Below, piece after piece: positions 46,600-55,503 of a stretch of DNA of 64,000 nt (positions are counted from its first letter, which is position 1; every line of letters begins with the position of its first letter). The position numbers were made by a program, and so were the translations under genes. Below the pieces are notes generated by a model. The model was not told the origin of the DNA. It saw nothing but the letters and a program-made list of their open reading frames with translations, and searched no databases. Source of the DNA: Patescibacteria group bacterium (GTDB lineage: Bacteria; Patescibacteriota; Minisyncoccia; Minisyncoccales; UBA5738); assembly GCA_022710775.1 (NCBI GenBank), contig JAKLGH010000001.1, positions 201,746-265,745 of the forward strand, given 5' to 3'.

Positions 46600-47706
46600 T
46601 TATTTCCCAGATTTAGTACGGTTATCTTGCCTGCATAACATTTGGCAATTCTCTGCGATTGTTTTTCCGCCTTCATGCCAAGGCGTTATGTGATCAGCTT
46701 CCATTTCTTCAATTTCCCATTTCTTTTTCTTATTTTCACCTTTGCAATGCGGACAAATTCCTTTTTGCCTCTCATACGCTTCCCGCTTCATCTTGTCGGT
46801 AAAAGCGCGGATATTCAAAAACTTTTCATTTCTAGTCAAGACATACTCATAAATGCCGGATTTTTTGGAAACATCTTCATCCTGCATCAATTCGGTTATT
46901 TCCTTTTCCAGTTTTTTTGAATCAAACTTTTTGTTTTTGAATTGGTTATACAATACGCCCCACGGTACATTACACATTTCCCTGCGATAATTTGGAAAAA
47001 CCTCTCGCACCCAAGAAATTACATCTTGAAAATAATCCCATAATTCATTAGCGTTTTTATTATGTTGGTGTTTAGCCATATAATCTTCAATTCTGCCATC
47101 ATTGATCCACGAAAGCGCAGTTTCTAAGTATTCTTGACGAACTGTATCCCCGCTAACTAATTGACCTCCGTCATTTGCAAGCAAATAAGCAACACAGTTT
47201 CTTTTACTAAATTTTAACTTGGCATCAGAAAGCCACTGACCAGTGTAAACAGCGTTGCGAATTTCTTGCGCATTTACTTTTTCCCCGTAAGTATTTATAA
47301 CCGTAAACCATTCAATTCGTTCCTTATCAGTTCCTTCGCAAAGATAAATCATCAGTTCGTAATCCAAAATTTTATCCTGTTCCTCTTTGGTCAAATTATG
47401 GAAAAAGCGGTTATTTAGAGAAAAATCGCCATTCACATATTGCCCAATGCTGATGGTGCGCTGTTGTCCGTCCAAAACTTCATAGCCACCATCTTCTCTA
47501 ATCATCCAATACATCACATTCAACGGAAAACCTTTTTTAACGGTTTCTATAACAGCATCACGTTGTTTTTCTTTGTACACAAATTCACGCTGATATTTTG
47601 GGCGAATATCAAGTTTTCCGCCATAAGCTACAACACCTTCTTCCGCGCTATCTTTGTAGCCATCAATAACTTTTCGGATTTTAATTTTTTGTAAATCTAT
47701 TTTCAT
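46600..47706 (-). CDS. DUF262 (ParB-like NTPase/nuclease) protein with C-terminal HNH endonuclease domain
   Basis: IRPKYQREFVY ... VLDGQQRTISI (DUF262 DGQQR motif). C-terminus CPHC...ADHITPWHEGGKT..NCQMLCRQDNRTK (HNH). Confidence 0.8.
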   Translation of the reverse strand: MKIDLQKIKIRKVIDGYKDSAEEGVVAYGGKLDIRPKYQREFVYKEKQRDAVIETVKKGFPLNVMYWMIREDGGYEVLDGQQRTISIGQYVNGDFSLNNRFFHNLTKEEQDKILDYELMIYLCEGTDKERIEWFTVINTYGEKVNAQEIRNAVYTGQWLSDAKLKFSKRNCVAYLLANDGGQLVSGDTVRQEYLETALSWINDGRIEDYMAKHQHNKNANELWDYFQDVISWVREVFPNYRREMCNVPWGVLYNQFKNKKFDSKKLEKEITELMQDEDVSKKSGIYEYVLTRNEKFLNIRAFTDKMKREAYERQKGICPHCKGENKKKKWEIEEMEADHITPWHEGGKTIAENCQMLCRQDNRTKSGK

Positions 47707-47707
47707 A

Positions 47708-48742
47708 TTATTTTTTCTTTCTTATTAATAAACGCCGAAACAATAATTTTCCATTAATAGTGAAGTCTTTGTCACCATTTTTACCTGTATATCTATCTAA
47801 CCCAATAATTTCAAACTGATCGGGGTTGTGTTTATCCAGAAAAGTTATTGGCACTCCCATCACCCCGTTGTAATCCCTCGGAATATCAATAAATCTGTTT
47901 ACATTGATGGCATTATAGTTATCATATTTTGAATATTCTTTTGTAGAGTACTTTTTATACAAAGTAAATTCAGTATGACGCTTGGAAACATAAAGATTTG
48001 TATACCAATTAACACTACCCATACTAAAATATTTCACACCATTTACAATTTTTTTTCTTGACTCTGTTGGAATGTCATAATCCATTGGGACTTGAAACCA
48101 TTTTGTGCCACCGTTATCGTACCCAAGCCAAACTTCATTGTCTTTTATTAAAGGAAAAAATTCTTTATAAATAATTGCTCCCTGTTGTCCCAAAATTAAA
48201 AATTTCTTTTTATACTCAATTAGCTGAGCTACATATTCTCGAAACAGAGAAAAGGGAGGGTTGGTTACGACGATGTCAGCTTGTTTAAGTAATTCTATAC
48301 ATTCATCACTTCTAAAATCACCATTACCTTTTAAAGGTGTGGCTGTGTTTTTATTATGTTTTAATAAATGCTCCACGTCATCAAGATTTATAGCGCCATC
48401 TTTGTCTGCATCCGGTACTTCTGTTATTTCTATTTTAAACGGCTCTTTTCCTGATGGCTTCAGCCCTTCTACTTCAAACAATGGCAACTGTCCGCCGACA
48501 ATCGGTGATTTTACATAACTTGTTGTGATGAGCCTTTTTAATTTAAGCGCATTAAAATTAGAAGCGAAGTATTTAAAAAAATTGCTCTCAAATGGATCGT
48601 CGCAATTACAATAAACCACCTTGTCCCGAAACTGTTCCTTATAATGTTTTAGTTCTTTTTCAATATCAACAAGCTGAGTATAAAACTCATCTTTTCCGGC
48701 ACCCTTCGCTCTGTGTAAATTTCTATTTAAAGATTTAGCCAT
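47708..48742 (-). CDS. EcoRI-family N6-adenine DNA methyltransferase
   Basis: KDEFYTQLVDIEKELKHYKEQFRDKVVYCNCDDP N-terminus typical of the family. Catalytic NPPF in IVVTNPPFSLF. Confidence 0.7.
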   Translation of the reverse strand: MAKSLNRNLHRAKGAGKDEFYTQLVDIEKELKHYKEQFRDKVVYCNCDDPFESNFFKYFASNFNALKLKRLITTSYVKSPIVGGQLPLFEVEGLKPSGKEPFKIEITEVPDADKDGAINLDDVEHLLKHNKNTATPLKGNGDFRSDECIELLKQADIVVTNPPFSLFREYVAQLIEYKKKFLILGQQGAIIYKEFFPLIKDNEVWLGYDNGGTKWFQVPMDYDIPTESRKKIVNGVKYFSMGSVNWYTNLYVSKRHTEFTLYKKYSTKEYSKYDNYNAINVNRFIDIPRDYNGVMGVPITFLDKHNPDQFEIIGLDRYTGKNGDKDFTINGKLLFRRLLIRKKK

Positions 48743-48746
48743 AAAA

Positions 48747-49079
48747 TTATCTTCCCTTTAAAATTTTATCTAAAATTGCTTGTATTCCATCGGCTAAATT
48801 TTTTGATATAACACAAAGATGGCCGAATATTCCTAATATAAAAATGAAAAATAAGACAATATCAATAGCATTCATACTATCACCATTTAGAAATGGCAAT
48901 CTGATAAATATAAAATAGTAACCAATCAATCCGGAAATAAAATAATTAAAAAAATCATTCCACATTTCAGAAAATTTTGATTGCCACTTTTTTCCAACAT
49001 ATTGATCGGAAATTGATTTATATTTTATTAAGCCAAGAATTAAGCTCGCTACGATTATAGTAATTAAAAAAATTGCCAT
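48747..49079 (-). CDS. small multi-pass membrane protein
   Basis: Three hydrophobic segments; 4-nt gap to the methylase gene. Confidence 0.55.
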   Translation of the reverse strand: MAIFLITIIVASLILGLIKYKSISDQYVGKKWQSKFSEMWNDFFNYFISGLIGYYFIFIRLPFLNGDSMNAIDIVLFFIFILGIFGHLCVISKNLADGIQAILDKILKGR

Positions 49080-49083
49080 ATTT

Positions 49084-49285
49084 TTATTTAAACAATTCCG
49101 CCACCGGCACGCCGAGGGCTTTAGCTATTTTTTCTAATGTATCCACAGTAGGATTCGGACTTTCTCCAGCTTCTATCTTTACAACGGTATTTAACGCCAA
49201 ATCAGCGTCTTTTGAGAGGCAATCTTGTGAAATTCCTTTTTTTGATTCGTAATTTGCTTATTTTTCGCCAACGAAATTTTTTCAC
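49084..49285 (-). pseudogene. XRE-family HTH regulator interrupted by a +1 A in an A7 run
   Basis: Frame 1 reads (GTG)KKFRWRKISKLRIKK. After the A7 tract (plus T7 at 49237-49243) the next frame reads GISQDCLSKDADLALNTVVKIEAGESPNPTVDTLEKIAKALGVPVAELFK. Together they form a canonical Cro/C1 HTH. Confidence 0.5.
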
Positions 49286-49340
49286 GTGGATGTTAATTTA
49301 CTTAATACAATGGTATCAAAAACAAATGAATTTTCCCAGC

Positions 49341-49363
49341 AAAAAAGCGGGTTTTACCCCGCT
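49341..49363 (-). terminator. orphaned terminator of the original tRNA-Asn locus
   Basis: Minus strand AGCGGG-GTAAAA-CCCGCT followed by TTTTTT, about 35 nt downstream of the displaced tRNA 3' fragment. Confidence 0.6.
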
Positions 49364-49395
49364 TCCTGCTGAAACTGGTTTGTATTCAACTTCTG

Positions 49396-49413
49396 GGCTC
49401 CGGTGGTAGGATT
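49396..49413. repeat. att-type direct repeat (copy of tRNA-Asn 3' end), distal junction
   Basis: GGCTCCGGTGGTAGGATT is identical to 63902-63919. Confidence 0.8.
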
Positions 49414-49457
49414 TGCTTCGGCTTCGCTCAGCATAAATGCTTCGGCTTCGCTCAGCA
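49414..49457. repeat. two 20-bp direct repeats TGCTTCGGCTTCGCTCAGCA (24-bp period)
   Basis: Copies at 49414-49433 and 49438-49457, starting immediately inside the att repeat. Confidence 0.8.
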
Positions 49458-49480
49458 CTAGCTCAATTCTTGCATTCTAC

Positions 49481-49762
49481 TCAACGAAGCGATTCGACAA
49501 TCTCGGGACAGGCGTTTATTCCAATGTTTCCATCGACCAGCATTTGCTTCTTTGCGTGATTCCAGCCTTTTATTTGTTTTTCCCTTTTCGCCGCCTCACT
49601 AACTGTTGAATATTTCTCACAATAAACGATCTCAACACAAAAGAACTTTCTTGTATAGAATGATTCTTTATTACGGTGTTCGTTTAATCTTTTTGCAAGG
49701 TCATTTGAAATCCCTACGTAAAAAGTTTTCTTGTCGCAAAGAAGTAAATATAAGTACCACAT
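49481..49762 (-). CDS. GIY-YIG nuclease family protein
   Basis: WYLYLLLCDKKTFYVGISNDLAKRLNEH ... REKQIKGW matches the GIY-(x10)-YVG, R and E pattern. Confidence 0.8.
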   Translation of the reverse strand: MWYLYLLLCDKKTFYVGISNDLAKRLNEHRNKESFYTRKFFCVEIVYCEKYSTVSEAAKREKQIKGWNHAKKQMLVDGNIGINACPEIVESLR

Positions 49763-49946
49763 ATTTCTAGGCTGCTCATGGAAGGGCTTGCCCTGAGCTT
49801 GCCGAAGGGCTCAGAGCCGTGCGTGAACTTAGAACCGTAATTATGAACGGCTGGCACTCCTACGAAATGGACGCGGCCGTCAAAATGCTCCGCCGGGAGT
49901 CGCCGTTCGATTGGATTGAATGATTCAGCAACACTGCAAAAGTGTC

Positions 49947-50459
49947 TTATTTCTGAAACAAATGTTTATTCTTAAAAATCAAATAGATCATACTTAATAT
50001 TAGAGCAATGCCAACCGGCGGAATGGCGTATAAAACCAAATTGGCAATGTTAAACAAAACAGAGATGCTAGTATTAAGAACTTTGAAAAGCCAGGGAACG
50101 AGAAAGGCATACGAAATCCACATTAAAAATATCCAGAGTATCGCCTTTATCGCATTATAGAGCTCCCACATGCCAAATGCCTTAACAACGATATCATGAA
50201 GCACTTTATAAAATTTGATCAGGTACAGAAAAAAACCAAGCGTGCAAAAAGTAAAAGCACTATAAAACACCCTGACGAAAATACTTGGCGCGGATAATGG
50301 GCTGATATTTTGCCATTGAAATTTAATACCAAAAGCAAAATGCCAGAGCAGAAGTACAAGAACTAAAATAATATAAGTTATTCCAGAACTTACTATCTCT
50401 TTTGTGTTTTTTATTATTACTTTTTTATACCAATCACTACTTTTCATTTTATTATTCAA
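49947..50459 (-). CDS. four-TM membrane protein, gene 4 of the unknown operon
   Basis: Four long hydrophobic segments; 4-nt overlap with the upstream gene. Confidence 0.6.
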   Translation of the reverse strand: MNNKMKSSDWYKKVIIKNTKEIVSSGITYIILVLVLLLWHFAFGIKFQWQNISPLSAPSIFVRVFYSAFTFCTLGFFLYLIKFYKVLHDIVVKAFGMWELYNAIKAILWIFLMWISYAFLVPWLFKVLNTSISVLFNIANLVLYAIPPVGIALILSMIYLIFKNKHLFQK

Positions 50460-51811
50460 TAACCCAGTTTAAATTTATCAAAAATTTCTAATTGTTTTAA
50501 AAAATCCTTATGCGAATCAGAACTATTACCCTCCTTAAGTTTTTTGCTTAGCACTGGCATTGTTTTAAGGTATCCGTCAAAACCTAACAAATTAAGGTAT
50601 TCATCCACAAAAATAATAAGTTTTTCAGCTGCCATCTTAACAAACCTATACGGCTCCAGAAAATACTCGTTATCTAATTTGTAATGCCCCCATTCGCCTA
50701 ATTTACTTCCGTTTTCTTTAGATAAGGCCACGATATGGTTAAAAAAATCTTGCGGAACTCTAATCATATTAAAATAGAAATTATCGTTTCTATTATCAAA
50801 ACGCAGCGCCTTAAGTCTTGCCCTGTGAATAATAAGGTCTCTAGGACTATACGTTAAATTGATCAAAGAGGAATTTTGGGAAAGGAAATCTTTAATTTTA
50901 CCGTTCTCTTGGTACAAGAGCTTCATGAAATCTTTTTGTCTATCCTTTCTTAATCCGATTCTTTCAAATTGATCAAATTTAATTTGATAGCGGTATTTGG
51001 ATATCCAAGCAAGTGAATCAAAAACCCCAGTGAATAGGGTGATTAGGTAATTAAAGTGGTAGATAGTAGCGTCCTGGGTATCATTATTAACACCGGAATA
51101 GTAATTTATACCTATCTCATCTATTGCTGTAAGCAGATCAATAATTCTGTCTCCAAGCGAAGCTGTAATATCCATTAAATCATCTCCCCGAGGAATATGC
51201 TTTTGCCCATAGACAATGATTGACCAAACTTTTTGGTAATTTTTAACTTTTGTCTTCAAAGAATAAAGATACCAAAGACCTCTATTAACGTAATAATTGG
51301 GAGCAATTAAAAATTTATTTTTATTTTTACAATATAAATCAATAAAAATTATCGCCTCTTCTGGGCTCAAGATACTTTGCGCTGGCAACTCCGGGAAGCC
51401 ATTCCTTGCCCAGTTTAGCCGGCTTAACAACTTTTTTCTCTCTGTAACTAAGATAACTTTTTTATCCTCTGACACCCCTAACAATGTCTTAAGAATAAAA
51501 GTTAAAATAAAGTCGTCATACTTGATATCAAGAGACTCGGCAATTATTTTTATGTCGGATATTTTATATCCGAACATGGTGCTTTCTTTGTAGCCATGTA
51601 ATTTGTCGCCTAATTTATCAATGACAATCCCGCTAATATCATTTTTGTCACTGAGAGACAATTGAACTACTGTATGCGTCTTTGAGCTGCCCAAAGAAAC
51701 AAACTCAAAAAGTTCATTATCAAAATAATTAAGCAGCCTCTTAGCGACATCAGATTTTAAAGAGTCTGAATCTAGTAAAATTCTTAGTGGCTTTTTGTAT
51801 TTATTATCCAT
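50456..51811 (-). CDS. hypothetical protein with HEPN-like Rx4H motif, gene 3 of the unknown operon
   Basis: 451 aa. C-terminal half has YSPRDLIIHRARL (R-x4-H). The N-terminus RILLDSDSL ... VILVTERKKL is faintly PIN-like. Both calls are tentative. Confidence 0.55.
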   Translation of the reverse strand: MDNKYKKPLRILLDSDSLKSDVAKRLLNYFDNELFEFVSLGSSKTHTVVQLSLSDKNDISGIVIDKLGDKLHGYKESTMFGYKISDIKIIAESLDIKYDDFILTFILKTLLGVSEDKKVILVTERKKLLSRLNWARNGFPELPAQSILSPEEAIIFIDLYCKNKNKFLIAPNYYVNRGLWYLYSLKTKVKNYQKVWSIIVYGQKHIPRGDDLMDITASLGDRIIDLLTAIDEIGINYYSGVNNDTQDATIYHFNYLITLFTGVFDSLAWISKYRYQIKFDQFERIGLRKDRQKDFMKLLYQENGKIKDFLSQNSSLINLTYSPRDLIIHRARLKALRFDNRNDNFYFNMIRVPQDFFNHIVALSKENGSKLGEWGHYKLDNEYFLEPYRFVKMAAEKLIIFVDEYLNLLGFDGYLKTMPVLSKKLKEGNSSDSHKDFLKQLEIFDKFKLGY

Positions 51812-51814
51812 ACC

Positions 51815-52918
51815 TTATGATTTTTTAATTATCTGCTCAACTATCTGGTCAAACGTCATAGTCCCATCACTGTAGTTCTTTAACGCTTCGTCTAACTCCG
51901 CATTGGAGAGGAAGCCATTGTAGACAAGCTTAGGAGCTAAAGCAAAACTGTTCTTTTTTGCGACTACAGCCAGCACCTGCTCATTAAATTCATGTACTAA
52001 ATAATCCCTAAAATCATTCAGATATTTTTTATAACGAATCACTGTATAAATATCATAATACTGAGTCATCTGGGGACCGTTCGTATCCATTAAATAATTA
52101 AAAATAGTTCTGACTTTTGCGCGCGCAATGTCATACTTACGCTTTTCACTTGCGTAAGTTGTATACCGCGCTCGTTCTAAGGGCAAATAATGACTCTCAA
52201 CCTCAACACCGCTTCGAGACTGATCAATACCAAACTGCCAAAACTTTTTAATAGGTCTTAAATATTTAAAACTCTGCGCGGTTGGTGATTTTTTGGCGAA
52301 AGGATATTGGCAATATATAACCTCGTCTTTTTCAAATTCAAACGAACGAGGCTTTTCTTTTTCTTCCCAATTTTTAAATCGTTTTTCTTTAAGATAAGTA
52401 AAAAGACTATATTTTTGGCTATAACCAATAATCTCACCTCGCTTACGTCTAACTTTCATCGTTTCATTTCGAAGATACTCAAAATCAACAGGAAAATGGT
52501 ACTTCTTATTTTTAATATCTATTTCGTCCCACTCAATCATGTAAAACTCGTCTCCCGTAATCAATAACTGCCAAGCAATATCCTCTAAGAAACCGCCCAC
52601 TGAATCCCCCTGGCCATATAAGTCATCCCTATAGAACGAATGCTCGTCAGTAAAATACCTCTCAAGGTCTTGCTTAAGGGCTGGGTCATCGCATTCAATA
52701 CCGAAATAATTTCTCTCATGCGTAACATAGCCAGGCCTATCAGGGACTGGCACATCCCTAAGTGGAAAAAGTGCATATCGAATTGCGTCAACTTCTATGC
52801 TTAACTCCATTCCATTTCTTGATGCCATTTCCAGTTGATCATATCCCTTAATGTACCCGAGTAATGGATCATCAAAAACATATCCTTTTTCTCTTTGTTT
52901 GTAAGGTCGTCGTCTCAT
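51815..52918 (-). CDS. hypothetical protein, gene 2 of the unknown operon
   Basis: 367 aa, soluble, no motif recognised; 3-nt gap to gene 3. Confidence 0.55.
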   Translation of the reverse strand: MRRRPYKQREKGYVFDDPLLGYIKGYDQLEMASRNGMELSIEVDAIRYALFPLRDVPVPDRPGYVTHERNYFGIECDDPALKQDLERYFTDEHSFYRDDLYGQGDSVGGFLEDIAWQLLITGDEFYMIEWDEIDIKNKKYHFPVDFEYLRNETMKVRRKRGEIIGYSQKYSLFTYLKEKRFKNWEEKEKPRSFEFEKDEVIYCQYPFAKKSPTAQSFKYLRPIKKFWQFGIDQSRSGVEVESHYLPLERARYTTYASEKRKYDIARAKVRTIFNYLMDTNGPQMTQYYDIYTVIRYKKYLNDFRDYLVHEFNEQVLAVVAKKNSFALAPKLVYNGFLSNAELDEALKNYSDGTMTFDQIVEQIIKKS

Positions 52919-55395
52919 ATTTTTTTACCTTGAATTTTTTTAAGGGTTTCGACAAACTGCCGGACGGCTTCTCTCTTCTTTGCCCACTCAACAAATGCTT
53001 CGGCACACTCCTCCTCTGGCTGATATGCTCGATAACTTAATTCGCGTATGAATCTGCTTGGATGATTAGCTACTTCTTGTAACCCCGAATAAAACCGAAC
53101 ATCGTCATAAGTCTTTGGCAATTGATCTATTTTCCACAAAATTTGGCCGAACCAATGATGGTAGCGAGTTGTCTCCCAATTTATAAGTTTGAGTGTAAGG
53201 TCAAGACCGCCGACGTCCTTCGGTTTTGACAGAACCTCCATGGCCTTAATGAATTGACCTGGCTGATATGCCGCCCCGATCGTCTGCACGTACTCAATAA
53301 GCAAATGGTAATTTTGCCGGAATTCGCACACCAGAAACACGAAACCCCCGAGAATAAGGCTGAGACGGTTGCGGTACATGATATTGTCGACATTCTTCTC
53401 ATCAGCATTGATGACCGGTAACATTAGCGTGAGTAGGCCAGCCAAAACCTTAAACAGTTTCTCACAATTCTCAATGACTGATGGGAAAAGCATCTTTTCT
53501 AGTTCTTCCCAAAATTCCGAATCGACCAGGATTTGCTTTGGAAGAAATGGCAGATATACTCCAGCTCCAGCGATCTTTGCACCATATTCGTCAGCCAATG
53601 CAACCTTGTCGATATAGAGCAACCGACTGATCCATTCGAAGCGAGCCTTAATAAATATCGCAAGTTCTTTGTGTTTTCCTTTCTGATAGAGGTCTTTGAG
53701 GATTATATTATGATGTGTAATCAACTTTTCTAAAAATTTATCGAGGTATTGCTTCTCCTTTGCCCGTGCATCGTCAAGCGTTTCTTTTTCAAGACGAATT
53801 TGCGGCGTTATGACGCGACCCTCACACTGAACTTCAAGATAGAGGCGATCCCAATAGTCAAGAACCTGGTTATAGAAAACTCCGGGTAGATCGAGCCTCG
53901 CCAACTCTTCGCGTGTGTGCGCAAGCTGTCCGTTTGCATCTACTAGTGATTTTATAATCTCCTGATACTTGGTATAGTCAAAACCATCGACGAGGGTTAG
54001 CCCAATCGCAAAATAAGCATTGAGATATGCGCCAAGCTCGTCTTCGGTCTGGACTTTCGCATAGAGCGCGAAAAAACCATCGAGATACTTTTCGAACGCA
54101 TCAGTCTCCTGATTTTCGTAAAGACCGGCAACTGTTTTTTGATAACGACCGTGCCCGTCCTTTTCGTAATCACCGGCGAGTGCGGTCTGGTAAAAATCAA
54201 TAACGTACTTGAGCAAATGAGTATCCTGCGGCGCTGTTCCAACGCGAGACTCCACAGCTTTAACAATATCAAAAACCCTGTCCTCAAACCAAAGATAATC
54301 CGGGCTACCGATGCGCAGAGGTCCTTTTCCCTGAAGTTCAAAATTGAGCTTCAGAGTTAGCGTCGACATACTATTCGCTTTAACCTCCACCTGCGTTTGT
54401 GGAAACCACCAACCGCGTTCTCTGTCGATATGTTTTTTTCGCTTGGCATACTCAGTGATCAAATTTGCAAGTACCATCGGCGTATAAATCACATCGTTCC
54501 AATTCTCCGCATGCCAGAGGTCTTCGAAAAGAGTCTTGAGTAGAGAAAGATGGTTCTGCGTTCTCATGCGTGAAGTTTGTATGATACTCCAACTCTTATA
54601 TGAATACCGGCTTCGGTCAGAGGCAAGTCGCATGCCTTCCTTCATGTCCGACTGTAACCTCTCAAAGAGATTCTTTGGCTTTATAGTGAAAATATAATGG
54701 TTCTTAAAAACGATAATCCCGAGTAAACAGATAGCTACCAAAATAACGACGGCAATAAAGCTAACCGACGACGGAAGTGTTAGAAGTTGAATACGTAGCA
54801 AGACTGCAATCGCAAAGATATCAGTGAATACAAGAAGTTTGAAAAAGAAATTACCGACGGTTTCCTGGTTAACGTAATCAGATACGGCAGATGAGTACTT
54901 ATCAGTAGTGAGCTGGAGGCCGACTGCATATAGAGCAAATAAAAGTCCCAGAATAGCGGAGATTGCGCCGATAGAAATCTCGAGCACAAGCTTTAAAAAC
55001 TCACTGTCCGGGAGAGTAAAAAAATCAAAGTGAGCTATAAATGCTTGGAACCAGCCAGTTTGAATGTGAGATAGTGACGTTGCGAGACCTTCAACACCCC
55101 AATCGGCAGAGATTACTACTACGAGTGATATTATTAGTACTACTATCGTACCCATAGAATTCCGGATAATTTGCATTGGTATCGTATATTCCGTTTTCCT
55201 ACGTTCCTGATTTCTGTACAGAATCCTTAATGATTCCCTTCGTCTCTGAAAAATGCTGTAAAAGAAACCGGTAAATGTGCCCAAGACGAGAATAAGCTTA
55301 TTTGGTTTTTTGTCTGCATCATAAGAAAAAGAAGAAACCTTTGGTTTCCATAAGATTCGTCGAAGAAAAAATTGTACTGCTCTTAAAAATTTCAT
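52915..55395 (-). CDS. large membrane protein (5 TM N-terminus plus ~590-aa helical domain), gene 1 of the unknown operon
   Basis: 826 aa. TM segments within residues 33-232. LQLTTDKYSSAVSDYV after TM3 is reminiscent of DUF2254-type proteins (weak). 4-nt overlap with gene 2. Confidence 0.6.
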   Translation of the reverse strand: MKFLRAVQFFLRRILWKPKVSSFSYDADKKPNKLILVLGTFTGFFYSIFQRRRESLRILYRNQERRKTEYTIPMQIIRNSMGTIVVLIISLVVVISADWGVEGLATSLSHIQTGWFQAFIAHFDFFTLPDSEFLKLVLEISIGAISAILGLLFALYAVGLQLTTDKYSSAVSDYVNQETVGNFFFKLLVFTDIFAIAVLLRIQLLTLPSSVSFIAVVILVAICLLGIIVFKNHYIFTIKPKNLFERLQSDMKEGMRLASDRSRYSYKSWSIIQTSRMRTQNHLSLLKTLFEDLWHAENWNDVIYTPMVLANLITEYAKRKKHIDRERGWWFPQTQVEVKANSMSTLTLKLNFELQGKGPLRIGSPDYLWFEDRVFDIVKAVESRVGTAPQDTHLLKYVIDFYQTALAGDYEKDGHGRYQKTVAGLYENQETDAFEKYLDGFFALYAKVQTEDELGAYLNAYFAIGLTLVDGFDYTKYQEIIKSLVDANGQLAHTREELARLDLPGVFYNQVLDYWDRLYLEVQCEGRVITPQIRLEKETLDDARAKEKQYLDKFLEKLITHHNIILKDLYQKGKHKELAIFIKARFEWISRLLYIDKVALADEYGAKIAGAGVYLPFLPKQILVDSEFWEELEKMLFPSVIENCEKLFKVLAGLLTLMLPVINADEKNVDNIMYRNRLSLILGGFVFLVCEFRQNYHLLIEYVQTIGAAYQPGQFIKAMEVLSKPKDVGGLDLTLKLINWETTRYHHWFGQILWKIDQLPKTYDDVRFYSGLQEVANHPSRFIRELSYRAYQPEEECAEAFVEWAKKREAVRQFVETLKKIQGKKI

Positions 55396-55503
55396 ATCCC
55401 TTCTTGCTTATTAAGTAATCCACAATCTACCTACTTCCATTTTCGTAAGATTTTCGGTATACTATAAATATATCACTTTGAGTTAAAAACATCAATCACG
55501 CTT

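Noticed and set aside
49770-49925. GC-rich ~150-bp patch inside the AT-rich part of the element, with hairpin CTGAGC..GCTCAG and a possible 26-aa ORF
   Set aside because: It could be a captured host fragment or a small regulatory RNA. I see no promoter/terminator pair or conserved motif to support a call.
55396-55503. Search for a LexA/SOS box in the divergent promoter region upstream of the LexA-methylase gene
   Set aside because: No CTGT-N8-ACAG or CGAAC-N4-GTTCG type palindrome is visible; there are only AT-rich near-repeats (TATACTATAAATATAT). The operator, if any, cannot be named from sequence alone.
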